64,000 bases of DNA, taken from the NCBI RefSeq assembly GCF_009914755.1, contig NC_060938.1, one strand, 5' to 3'. This document shows positions 46,565 to 62,700 of the stretch, one piece after another. Each line of letters opens with the position of its first letter. Within the stretch, counting starts at the first letter, position 1. The DNA is from the human T2T-CHM13v2.0 reference genome, Homo sapiens. Both the position numbers and the translations under genes were made by a program. The notes below the pieces were generated by a model that was not told where the DNA came from, ran no database searches, and saw nothing but the letters and a program-made list of their open reading frames with translations.

Positions 46565-49121
46565 TCAGAACAAGAAAAATTCTGGAGACAGAGAGGACAT
46601 CCCATAATGTGAAAGGCTCAATCCACCAGGAAAACAGCAATCTTAAAAGTATGTGTACCAAAAATTGAAATATACAGAATGCTCCACCAAAAATTAAACA
46701 ACACACATTTTTTTTCAAGCACACATGAAACATTTACCTTGGAAAACCATATCCTGAATCATAAAACAAACCAAAACAGTACTTAAAAATTGAAATTATG
46801 CATAGTATGTCCTCTGACCATAATGGAACCAAACCAAAAAAAAACCAAAAAACAAACAAAAAAAAAAAACAGAAAAATATCAGGAAAAGCTCTAATACAT
46901 GCCAGAGGAAATTAAAAGATACTCTAGTAAATAATCAAATAAGATGTCTCAAATGAAATTTTAAAAATTTACACAAACGAAAAATGAAAATATAACACAT
47001 CAAAAAATCTGTAAAGCAGTGAAAGCAGGGCTGAGAGGAAAAATTATATGCAAAGCAGACATTAAGAGAAGAGGAAAGTTCTCAAATCAGTAATCTAAGT
47101 TTTTTCCTCCAGAAACTAGAAGAAGAGCAAAATATATTCAGAGCAATCAAAAGAAAGAAAACAATGAATTAAGTATTGAAATAAATAAAATTGAAAACAG
47201 GAAAACAATAGTAAAATAAAATCTGCTTCTTTATAAAGCTCAAAGAAATTGGTAAGCCTCTTGCTACATTGCAAAGATAAAGGAGAAAGGGCACAATCAC
47301 CAATGTCATGAATAAAACAAGGAGTATTACTACAGATCTTCTATTCTTTAAAAGGATAATTAGGTAATACTATTAAAAACTTCATACTCATAAATTGTAC
47401 AATTTAGTAGAAATGGACCAATTCCTTGAAAATCACGAACTTCTAAAACTAACCAAGATGAAATAGACAATCTACATGGTATAAAAGCCATTAAGTAACT
47501 TAAATTCATAATGAAAAAGTTCCTGAAAAAGAAAGCCTCAGGACTTTCTTTTTGGTTTCACTGGAGAATTCTACCAAATATTTAAAAAAGAATTATCATC
47601 AGTTTTAGTCAATCTCCTCCAAAAAAATAAAAGATGAGGAAATACGTTTCATGAGTCTAGTATAATGTTGATACCAAAAACAGAGAAAGACAGTGCAAAG
47701 AAAGAAAATGGAAAACCAGTATCTCTTACGAACTAAAATCCTCAATAAAGTATTATCAATTACATGCAACAATGTATAAAAAGAATTAAGTGCCACGACA
47801 ATTTGACATTTATTTGAAATATACAGAAAACTACTTCAGTAGTAGAAAAACAATAAATCTAATCTACCATGTCAACGAGCTAAAGATGAAAAATCAAATG
47901 ATCATATCGATTGATGCAAAAATAGCATCTGACAAAATTCAAAACCCATTCATAATAAGAACTCTCAGCAAACTAGGACTAGATGGGACCTTAACTTGAT
48001 TAAGAGCATCTAGAGAAAACCTATAGCTAACAGCATACTTAATGGTGAAAGAATGTTTTCCTTCAAAAATTGGAAACAAAGCAATAATATCTTCTCTGAC
48101 TACTTTTATTCAACATAGTACTAGAAATGCTAGGTAGCACAGTAACGCAAGAATATGTGCTAAAACCACATAGATTAGAAAGTAAGAAATAAAACTCTCC
48201 CTGTTTGCAGACCACTTGATTATCTGCATAGGAAAAAATGACTATAAGAATAAGTCATTTTAGCTGCTTTGTGGCATATAAGATAAACACAAAAAGAAAA
48301 AAATCAATTGGATTTCTATATACTATAAACAAACATTTGGAAACTGAAATTTAAATAACACCATTTACAATTGTTCAAAAGAAAATAAAATATCTAGATA
48401 CAAACTTAAAAGCACACATATGTTATCTTTATGCAAAAACTGCCAAACAAAGAAATAAAAGGACACTTGAATAAAGACACATTCTGTGTTCAAATATTGA
48501 AAAATTCAGCATAGTAATGATGTCAGTTCTCCCCTAATTGAACCATAAATTTAATGCTATACCCTGGCAAGTGTTTTGTGGCTATAAAATTATATAAATT
48601 CATTCTAAAATTATATGGAAAAACACAAAACCTAGAACAGCTAAGACAATTTTTAAAAAGAACAAAGTGGAAAGAATAACTCTACCCAATGAAAGTTTCA
48701 TTCTGTATCTACAGTATTCAAGATAGTATAGTATTGGCAGAGAAATAAAAACATAAATCAATGAAACAGAATAGAGAACCTATAATAGGCTTATACAAAT
48801 ATATTCAATTGGTTTTTAATAAAGATGCAAAAGCAGTTCAATGGAGAATAGACTTCAACAAATGGTGCTGGAGCAATTGGAAATCAACAGGCAAAAAAAA
48901 AAAGAATCTCAGTCTATGCCTCATGCTTTATTACAAAATTATTTCAAAATACATAGTAGGCTTTAATATAAAAAGTATTATATATATATACTGTAAAACT
49001 GTCAGAAGAAAAAAAAAAGCAAAAGTCTTTACGACCTGGGGCTAGATGAATGAAGAGGCCTTAGACTCAACACAAAAAGCACGGTTCATACAATGTAAAT
49101 TTCACAAACTTGAGCTCATCA

Positions 49122-52414
<3,293 letters not shown>

Positions 52415-52637
52415 TGCTGCCTGAACAGGGTCCTGATCCAGCCCCAAGAGAGGGTTCTTGAACCTCACAGAAGAAAGAATTAGAGACAAATCCATAAAAA
52501 GAGAGCAAGTTTATTAGATAAATAAATAAATAAAATGGCTACCCAATGGGCAGAGCAGCAGCATGAGCTGCTGGTTGGCCACTTTTATGGTTATTTCTTG
52601 ATTATATGCTAAGTAAGGGGTACATTATTCATGAGTT

Positions 52638-52667
52638 TTCCAAGAAAAGGGGAGGCAATTCCTGGAA
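52638..52667. promoter_or_regulatory. Tandem GAS (STAT1) motifs in MER41
   Basis: TTCCAAGAA (52638-52646) and TTCCTGGAA (52659-52667), both TTCN3GAA; activity not demonstrable from sequence. Confidence 0.55.
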
Positions 52668-52939
52668 CTGAGAGTTCCTCATTTTTTTAGACCATATAGG
52701 GTAATTTCTGACATTGCCATGGCATTTGTAAACTGTCATGGCATTGGTGGGAGTGTCTTTTAGCATGCTAATGCATTACAATTAGTTTATAACAAGTAGT
52801 AAAGCCAACTAGAGGTCACTGTCATTGCCATCTTGGTTTTAGTGGATTTTGGCTGGCTTCTTTACCACAGCCTGTTTTATCAGCAAGGTCTTCATGACCT
52901 GTATCTTGTGCTGACCCCCTAGCTCATCCTGTGAGTAAG

Positions 52940-53290
52940 TGTATTAGTCCATTCTCATGCTCCTAATAAAGACATAGGAGAGACTGGGTAATGTGAAAAG
53001 GAAAGAGGTTTAATTGACTCACAGTTCCACGTGGCTGGGGAGGCCTTACAATCATGGCGGAAGGAGAAGGAAAAGTCACATCTTACATGGTGACAGGCAA
53101 GAGAGCTTGTGCAGGGGAACTCCCATTTATAAAACCATCATGTCTCATGAGATTTATTCACTACCATGAGAACAGTATGGGGGAAATTACCCCCATGATT
53201 CAATTATCTCCACCTGGCGCTGCCCATGACACATGGGAATTATTATAATTCAAGGTGAGATTTGAGTAGGGACATAGCTAGACTCTATCA
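52940..53290 (-). mobile_element. THE1 solo LTR
   Basis: tgtattagtccattctcatgct...tatca, 351 bp, TSD GTAAG (52935-52939, 53291-53295). Confidence 0.92.
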
Positions 53291-53394
53291 GTAAGAATGT
53301 CGTAACTCCTGGGAATGCAGCCCTGTACGTCTCAGCCTTGTTTTACCTAGCCCTTATTTAAGATGGAGTCACTCAGGTTCAAACACCTCTGACA

Positions 53395-53620
53395 GGAGGA
53401 TCACTTGAGACCAGGAGTTCAAGACCAGCCTGGGCAACAAAATGAGACCCCATCTCTACAAAAAATAAATAAAATAATACAAATTAGCTAGGCATGTTAG
53501 TGCACAACTGTAGTTCTAGCTACTCAAGAGGCTGAGGTGGGAGGATCACTTAAGCCCAGAAAGCAGAAACTGCAGTGAGCTGTGATCACACCACTGCACA
53601 GAAAAAGAAAAAAAAAAAAA
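53395..53620 (+). mobile_element. AluJ lacking its first ~50 nt (interrupted by the MER41 provirus)
   Basis: Starts at ggaggatcacttgagaccaggagttcaagacc immediately after the LTR terminus. Confidence 0.85.
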
Positions 53621-53806
53621 CTGTCAGTCAACCAAGGAATACTATTTTTAAAAAATGAAGATGAAATAAAGACATGTCCAAATAAAAAAGTTTGTTGTCA
53701 GCAGACTCACCATGCAAAAAATAAAATTACAGAAAATTTTTAAAAGCAGTTGACCAGAGATAGTGAGTCAAATGCATACACACAAAAACAAGGAGCACTA
53801 GTAAAG

Positions 53807-54314
53807 TGCAAAGACCAGCTCAGTCAGGGAGACCCTAACCCAGTGGTGCTAGAGGAATTAAAGACACACAGAAATATAGAGATGTGAAGTGGGAAATCAA
53901 GGGTCTCACAGCCTTCAGAGCTGAGAGCCTGAACAGAGATTTACCTATGTATTTATTAACAGCAAGCCAGTCATTAGCATTGTTTCTATAGATATTCGAT
54001 GAACTAAAAGTATCCCTTATGGGAAACGAAGGGATGGGCCAAAATAAAGGGGTGGGTCTGGCTAGTTATCTGCAGCAGGAACATGCCCTTAAGGCACAGA
54101 TCGCTCATGCTATTGTTTGTGGTTTAAGAATGCCTTTAAGCGGTTTTCCGCCCTGGGCGGGCCAGGTGTTCCTTGCCCTCATTCCCGTAAACCCACAACC
54201 TTCCGGCGTGGGCCTTACAGCCATCATGAGCATGTCACAGTGCTGCAGAGATTTTGTTTATGGCCAGTTTTGGGGCCAGTTTATGGCCAGATTTTGGGGG
54301 GCCTGTTCCCAACA
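53807..54314 (-). mobile_element. MER9 solo LTR (HERV-K9/HML-3)
   Basis: Minus-strand start TGTTGGGAACAGGCCCCCAAAATCTGGCCATAAACTGGCCCC; 508 bp; perfect 6-bp TSD GTAAAG. Confidence 0.9.
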
Positions 54315-55226
54315 GTAAAGCTAATTGTACAATTATAGAAGACAGTATAAGTGCATATTTCTTGTCCTTTTTCTCCTAATTAATTTAAAAAACAATACAT
54401 GTATAATTGGTTGAACCTACAACATATAGACATGTAATATATTTGACAGGGAAAGCACAAAGAAGATGGGTGGAAGCAAAGCTGAATTGCAGTAAGTACA
54501 TAACACCAGATGGTATGTCAAATCCACAGGAACAAAATAATAAAACCAGAAATGGGAAATAAGATGGTTAATATAATAAGCCATATAAATATATTCTTGT
54601 CCTTTCGGTTTCTTTAATAGACATAAATTATATAAGGTAATAATTATAGCAATCTTTTGTTGGGTTTTGAGTGTGTGCATATGTCTGTATACATATATGT
54701 GCATATACATATATATATCTGTGTGTGATTGTGTATACTTATGCATAAGTATACACATGCATATGTAGTATGTGTAGTAATGGCACAAAAAGAGAGAAGA
54801 GAGAATAGAACTATTTAGGAGTAACATTTCTATATTTCATGGAATTAAGTTCTGATAAGATATTCATCGTAAAACCCTAGAGCAACGATTAAGAATATAG
54901 CTCCAAAAATATGGTTAAAAAAGGGAATTAAAATATTACACTAGAAAATATTCACTTCATGTAAAAGAAAACATTAAAAGGGAATAAAGGAACTAATAAG
55001 AGACATATAGAAAACATAGAGAAAAATGGCAAATGTAAATCCAGATATATCATTAATATCATTAAATGTGAATGGATTTAACAATTCAATCATAAGGCAT
55101 ACATTGTCAGACTGAATGACAAGTATTTTTAAAAACCCATCTGTGTGCTTTCTGCAGTAGACATATTGTGTATTCAGAGATACATATGGATTGAAATTAA
55201 AAGGATAGAAAAAATATATATTATGC

Positions 55227-55626
55227 TGATATAGTCTGGATCTGTGTCCACACCCAACTCTCATGTTCAGTGTTGGAGGTGGGGCCTGGTGGGAGGTGAC
55301 TGGATCATGAGGGCAGCTTCTCATGAATGGTTTAGTACCATCCCCTTGGTGCTGTTCTTGTGATATTTAGTGAGTTCTTGAGAGATCTGGTCGTCTGAAA
55401 GTGTGTAGCCCCTTCCCACTTGCTCTCTCATGCTGCTGCTCTGGCCATGTAAGACGTGTCTTCTGCCATAATGTAAGTTTCCTGAGGCCTCCCCAGATGC
55501 CCAGCAGATGCCATCATCATGTTTCCTGTACAGCCTGCAGAACTGTGAGCCAGTTAAACCTGTTTTCTCTATAAATGACCCAGTCTCAGGTATTTCTTTA
55601 TAGCAATATGAGAATGGACAAATACA
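55227..55626 (+). mobile_element. MSTA/B solo LTR
   Basis: tgatatagtctggatctgtgtcc...cagtctcaggtatttctttatagcaat...aataca. Confidence 0.88.
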
Positions 55627-56081
55627 CATGGAAACAACAAACCAAAGAAAAATAAAATATATAATTAAAATTCTTTATCAGTTTGCATACTTCTATAAAA
55701 AGGTGCTTCCCTTTAACTATTATTTAGTTATGAATTGATACAGTTAATGTAGAAAAAACAGAAGTGCTTAATACTTTTTCTTTGTTTGATTTGAGTTCAT
55801 TAACATTTCTGAAACTTCCTTTATGGCCCAGTAGATTGTCTACTTTGGTAATTATTAACATTTGATCTTGAAGAGGTCTATAACATTTGGCAATGGTTGG
55901 TTTACTGTTGCATATATGTACATTAGGACAAATTTATTTCTTGTGGTTTTCAGACATTTTACATTTTTATTAATTTTATCAATTTTTCAGTTAGAGAGGT
56001 ATACAAAAATATCTAACCACTTTTTATGTGGATTTGTCTATTTTTTCTTTGAATTCAGTTAACTTCTACTTCATGTTTTTT

Positions 56082-56220
56082 GCCAGGTACAGTAGCACAT
56101 GCTATAATCCCAGCTTCTCTGGAGGCTGAGGCAGGAGGATCACTTGAGCCAATAGTTTGAGTCCAGCCTGGGCATCATAGTGAAACACCCTGTCTCAAAA
56201 AAATAAATAAATAAAATAAA
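56082..56220 (+). mobile_element. FLAM Alu monomer
   Basis: Single ~120-bp monomer plus A-rich tail. Confidence 0.82.
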
Positions 56221-56796
56221 TAGATAGACAGATAGAGAGGCACACTATCTTACTGGGTATTGACAATATTTTTATATCTGCATATTTGAATTGACACTTT
56301 TAACATTCTGAAATGTTTTTCATCTCTAATAGCATTTCTTGCCTTATAAGCTACTTTTTTGGTATGCTAATGCTACAACCAGTCTATTTTGCTTGGTGCT
56401 TTCATGATAATCTATTTTCATCATTCTCATTTCACCCTTGTCATTAAATTTTAAATGTAAATGACTCTTGTAAACATTTTTTTACTTCTTTCCTGAAACT
56501 TGTTTTGCACTCACTGTATTTAGACAGTTTTCATTTATTATAATTATTAATAACTCAATGTTTGTTTTCTATTTAGCCCACTGGTTTCCTTTTTCTCTTA
56601 CTTCCTTACCTTATTTTAGATTAATACAGTAGCTTTTATTATTCAGTTTTCTTCTTCAGTTAACTTGTTATATATTCTTCGAATGTGTTTTAGGGGTTTG
56701 GGTTTTTTTAAGGACTACCCAAGGGTATATTTCAACATCCATCCATTATAGTTTCTACTAATAATAATCACTTTTACCATTTCTAATATGAATAAT

Positions 56797-59700
56797 TGCT
56801 TTTTTAATTTTAATTTCTAATTTTTGTGTGTACATAATAAATGTATATATTTATAGGGCACATGAGATGTTTGCTACACGCATGCAATGCATAATAGTCA
56901 CATCATGGAAATGGGGTATCAATCCCCTCAAGCATTAATCCTTGCTGTTATAAACAATCCAATTATACTCTTTTAGTTATTTTTAAATAGATAATTAAGT
57001 TAATTTCTGTAGTCACTCTGTTTTGCTATCACATACTAGGACTTATTCATTCATTCTGTTTTTTGTACCTACTAACCATCCCTACCTCCACCTTACCCTC
57101 TCCCCCTCTACCCTTCCTAGCCTCTGGTAACCATCTTTTTACCCTCTAACTCCATGGGTTCAATCGTTTTAATTTTTAGATCCCACTAGTAAGTGAGAGC
57201 AATGTTTTTCTTTCTGTGCCTCGCTTATTTCACTTAACATAATGACATCCAGTTCCACTGATGTTGTTGCAAATGACTGAATCTCATTCTTTTTTATGGC
57301 TGAATTATACTCCACTGTATATAAGAACCACATTATCTATTAATCTATTGATGGACACAGGTTGCTTCCAAATCTTAGCTATTGTGAACACAGCTGCAAC
57401 AAACATGGGAGTGCAAATATCTATTCAATATATTGTTTCCTTTTTTTTTTCAGTATATACCCACCAGTATGCTAATGCTACAACTAATGCTGCAGTAGGA
57501 TTTCTGGAACATATGCCAGCTTAATTTTTTGTTTTTAAAGAAACCTCCAAACTATTCTTCATAGAGTTTGTAATAATTTACATTCCCACCAGTAGTGTAC
57601 AAGGGTTCCCTTTTCTTCACATTCTCACCAGCATTTCTTATTGCCTGTCCTTTTGATAAAAGCCATTTTACTTGGGGTGAGATCATATTATAGTTTTGAT
57701 TTTCATTTCTCTGATGGTTAATTATGTTGAGCACCTTTTCATATGCCTATTTGCCATTTATATCAAATATTTTGCCTATTTTTAAATTGAATAGATTTTT
57801 TTCCTGTACAGTTGTTGAGCTCCTTATATATTCTGGTCATTAATCCCTTGTCCGATGGGTAGCTTGCAAATATTTTCTCCATTCTGTGGGTTGTCTCTTC
57901 ACTCTATTGATTGACCTTTGCTGTGCAAAAGACATTTAATGTGATATACTCCTATTTGTCCATTTTTGCTTTGGTTACCTATGCTTGTGGAGTGTTACTC
58001 AAGAAATCTTTGCCCAGATCAATGTCCTGGAGAGTTTCCCCTATGTTTTCTTGTAGTTTCATAGTTTGAGGTCTTACATTTAATTATTTAATGCATTTTT
58101 ATTTGATTTTTGTATATGGTGAGACATAGGTATCTAGTTCCTTTTTTTTTTTTTTTTTTTTTGCATAATGGATATTCAGTTTTCCCAGCACCATTCATTG
58201 AAGAAAGAGTTTTTTTCCAGTGTGTGTTCTTGGCATCTTTGTTGAAAATAAGTTCACTGTAGGTATGTGGATTTGTTTCTGGGTTCTCTATTCTGTTCCA
58301 TTAACCTAGGTGTCTGTTTTTATGTCAGTATCATGATGTTTGGGTTATTATAGCTTTGTAATATAATTTGGAGTCAGGTAATATGATTTCTTCCAGTTTT
58401 GTTCTTTTTCCTTAGGATAGCTGTGGCTATTCTGGGTTTTCTGTGGTTCCATATAAATTTTAGGATAGTTTTTTCCATTTCTGTATAGAGTAACATTAGT
58501 ATTTTGATAGGGATTGTATTAAATCTGTAGATTGCTTTGGGTACTATGAACATTTTAACAATAGTTACTCTTCTAATCCATGAACATGGAATATGTTTAT
58601 ATTTTTTATCTCTTTATTTTATTAGTGTATCATAGTTTTCATTAATCTTTCATTAAGATCTTTTGCTCTTTGGTTAAATTAATTCCTAAGTATTTACTTT
58701 TGTGTGTGGCTATTGTAAATGGGGTTATTTTTATTTATTTTTCAGATTGTTCACTGTTGGCAGATAAAAATGCTACTGATTTTTGTATGTTGATTTTGTA
58801 TCCTGTAACTTCACTGAATTTATCAGTTCTAATAGTTTTCTTGTGTAGTCTTTAGGTTTTTCCACATATAATGTCATATCATCTGCAAACAAGGAAAATT
58901 TTACTTCTTCCCTTTCAGTTTGGATTTTCTTTATATATTTCTCTTGTCTGACTGGTCTATCTAGAACAGCCATTACTATGTTGAGTAACACTGATGACAA
59001 TGGGCATACTGGTCTTCTACCAGATCTTAGAGGAAGGGCTTTCAGTTTTTCCCCATTCATTATGATACTAGCTGTGGGTCTGTCATGCATGGTTTTTATT
59101 ATGCTCAGTTATATTCAGTCTATCCTCAGTTTTTTGATGGCTTTTATCACAAAGGGATGTTGAATTTTATCAAATGCTTTGTTAGCATCAATTGAAATGA
59201 TCATATGGTTTTCCCCATCATTCTGTTGATATGATGTATTACATTGACTGATTTGCATATGTTGAACAATCCTTGAATCCCAGGAATAAATCCCACTTGG
59301 TCATGGTGAATGATCTTTCTGATGTATTGCTGAATTCATTTTACTAATATTTCATTGAGGAGTTTTGCATCAATATTCATGAGAGATATTGGCCTATAGT
59401 TTTCTTTTTTATGTGTGTTTGGTCTTAGTATCAGGGTAATATTAGCCTCACACAATGAATTTAGAAGTATTCCCTCGTCTATTTTTCAGAATAGTGTGAA
59501 TAGAATTGGTATTAATTCTTCTTAAAATGTTTGGTAGAAAGCAGGGAAGCCATCGGGTCTTGGACTTCTTTACTGGGAGATATTTTATTACAGCTTTGAT
59601 CTCATTACTTGTTATTGCTCTATTCAGGTTTTAGATTTCTTCATGTTTCAACCATGTTAGGTTATACATATCTAGGAATTTGTCCATTTCTACTAGATTT

Positions 59701-62700
59701 TGCAATTTATTGGGATACAGTTGCTAATAGTAGCCACTAATGATCCTTTGAATTTCTGCAGTATCAATTGTAATGTCACCTTTTTTATTTTTGATTGTAT
59801 TTATTTGGATCTTCCCTCTCTCTTTTTTTCTAGTTAATGTGGCTAATGGTTTGTCAATATTGTTTAATTTTTCAAAAAAAACTTAAATGTTTGTTTCATT
59901 GATCTTTGATTTTTTTTTCTTCATTCCAATTTGATTTCTTTCTCCTCTGATCTTTATTTCTTTTCTGCTACTACTCTTGGGTTTGGTTTGCCCTTGCTTG
60001 TCTAGTTCTTTAAGATGCATTATTAGATTGCTTATTTGAAGTTTCCTCCTTTTTTAATGTAGGCCCTTACAGCTATAAACTTCCCTCTTAGTACTGCTTT
60101 TGCTGTATCCCATAGGTTTTGATATGTATTGTTTCTGTTATCATTTGTTTCAATAAATTTTTCAGTTTTCTTCTTAATTTCTTAATTGACCCAGTGGTCA
60201 TTCAGGAGCATATTGTTTAATTTCTATATATTTGTATAGTTTCCAAAATTCCTCTTGTTATTGATTTCTAGTTTTATTTCATTGTGGTCAGAGAAGATGC
60301 TTGATATTATTTTAGTTTTTAAAAAATGTTTTAAGACATATTTTGTGACCTAACATATGGTCTATTCTAGAGAATGTTCCATGTGCTAAGGAGAGGAATG
60401 TGTACTCTGCAGCCATTGTGTGAAATGATGTGTAAATATCTATTAGATCTATTTGGTCTATACTGCAGACCAAATCTGATGTTTCTTTGATTTTCTTCCT
60501 GGAAGATCTTTCCAATGCTTAAAGTAGGTGTTGAAGTCTCCAGCTACTATTGTGTTGGGGCCTCTCTCTCTTTAGCTGTAGTAATATTTGCATTATTTAT
60601 CTGAGTGCTCAAGTACTGGGGGCATACATATTTAAAATTTTTATATCCTCTTCCTGAATTGACTTGTTTATCATTATATAGTGACCTTCTTTGTCTCTTC
60701 TAATAGTTTGGCCTTGAAATCTATTTTGTCTGATATAAGTGTATCAATTCCTGCTCTTTTTATGTTTTTATTGGCATGGAATATCTTTTTCCATTCCTTT
60801 ATTTTCAGTCTATGGTGTCTTTGTAGGTGAAGTGTTCTTCTCGTAGGCAACAGATCAATAGGTCTTGTTTTTCCATCCATTCTGCCAGTCTTTGTTTTTT
60901 AATGGAAGCATTTAGTGTAATTACATTCAGTGTTATTATTGATAAGTAAGGATTTTCTCCTGCCATTTTATTATTTGTTCTCTGGTTGTTTTGTGGTCTT
61001 TTCATCCTGTCTTTCTTTAGTGAAGATGATTTTCTCTGGTGATATGACTTAGTTTCTTGCTTTTTATTTTTTTCTCTCCATTGTATGTTTTTTGGTTTGA
61101 TATTACCATGAAGCTTGCAAATACTATCTTATAACATATTATTTTAACCTGATAACAACTTAACACTTTTTGCATAAACAAACAAGCAAGCAAGCCACAA
61201 ACTAATAAAAGTCTACACTTTAACGTTATCCCTCCACTGTTTAACTTTTTGTTTTTTCTATTTATATCTTAATGTACGGACTATGTCTTCAAAAGTTTTT
61301 ATAATTATTATTTTTAATTGGTTTATTAGTCTTTCTACTTAAGATAAGAATAGTCTGCAAACCCCAGTTACAGTGTTGTAATATTCTGTATTTTTCTGTG
61401 TACTTACTATTACCAGTGAGTTTTGTACCTTCAGGTGATTACTTACTGCTTTTTTTCTGATCGAAGTACTTCGTTTAGCGTGTCTTGTAAGACAGATCTG
61501 GTGTTGATAAAAATCCCTCAGCTTTTGTTGGGAAAGTCTTTATTTCTTGTTCATGTTTGAAAAATATTCTATTCTAGGGTAAAAGATTTCTTCTTTCAGC
61601 ACTATAAATATGTCATGCCCCTCTTTCTTGGTCTATAAGGTTTCCACTGAAAAATCTGCTGCCAAAAGTATTGGAGCTATATTGTATGTTATTTGTAGTT
61701 TTTTTTTTATTTTTCTCATGCTGCTTTTAAGATCCTTTCTTTATCCTTGACCATTGGGAGTTTGAATACTAAATACCATGAGGTATTAAATAATCTTAGG
61801 GTTCAATCTGCTTGATGTTCTATACCACTCTTCTACAATGGCTATTGATATCTTTCTCTAGGTTTGGGAAGTTCTCTGTTATTATCCTTTTGAATAATCT
61901 TTCTACCCCTATTTCTTTCTGTATCTCCTCTTTTTAGGCCTGTAACTCTTGGATTTGCCCTTTTGAGACTATTCTCTTGATCGTGTAGGCATGTTTCTTA
62001 TTCTTTTTTCTTTTGTCTCCTCTGTGTAGTTTCAAATGGCCTGTATTCAAGCTCACTAATTCTTTCTTCTGCTTAATCAGTTCTGCTGTTAAAGGACTTT
62101 GATGCACTCTTTAGTATGCCAATTATATTTTTAAGCTTTAGAATTTCTTGTTGCTTCTTTTTTAGTTACTTAATTCTCTTTGTTAAATTTATCTGATAGA
62201 AGTCTGAATTTCTTCTCTGTCTTGTCTTGAATTTATTCTTGAGTTTATTCAACACAGCTATTTTGTATTCTTTGTCTCAGTGGCCACATATCTCTGTTTT
62301 TCCAGGTTTGGACCCTGGTGCCTTATTTAGTTCATGTGGTGAGGTCATGTTTTCCTGGGTTGTCTTGATACTTGCAGATGTTCATCTGTGTCTGGGCATT
62401 AAAGTGTTATGTATTTCCTGTAGTCTTTGCAGTCTGTGCTCATTTGTACTCATCCTTCTTGGGAAGGCTTTCCAAATATTATGAAAGGACCTGAGTGTTA
62501 TAAGCTTTAGCGGGCATCCCAAGCCCAGTAACGCTGAGATTCTTGCAGACTTGTAAAGGTACCACCTTGATAATCTTATACAAGATCCTAAAGAATTCTC
62601 TGGATTATCAAGCAGGCTATTGTTGTCCTCCCTTCCTTTCTCCCAAAAAAAATGAGTCTTCTCTCATTCTCTCTCTCTCTCCCCGCTGCCCCTCTCCCCA

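Larger units (their letters stand above)
52415..53394 (-). mobile_element. MER41 LTR (probably MER41B; 5' LTR), split by THE1
   Basis: Minus-strand start TGTCAGAGGTGTTTGAACC..ACTCCATCTT; the other end has gatccagccccaagagagggttcttg. Confidence 0.88.
53621..55650 (+). mobile_element. Old L1M fragment (ORF1 end to ORF2 start) hosting the MER9 and MST LTRs
   Basis: aatgaagatgaaataaagacat...; cattaaatgtgaatggatttaacaattcaatc (start of ORF2 endonuclease). Confidence 0.65.
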
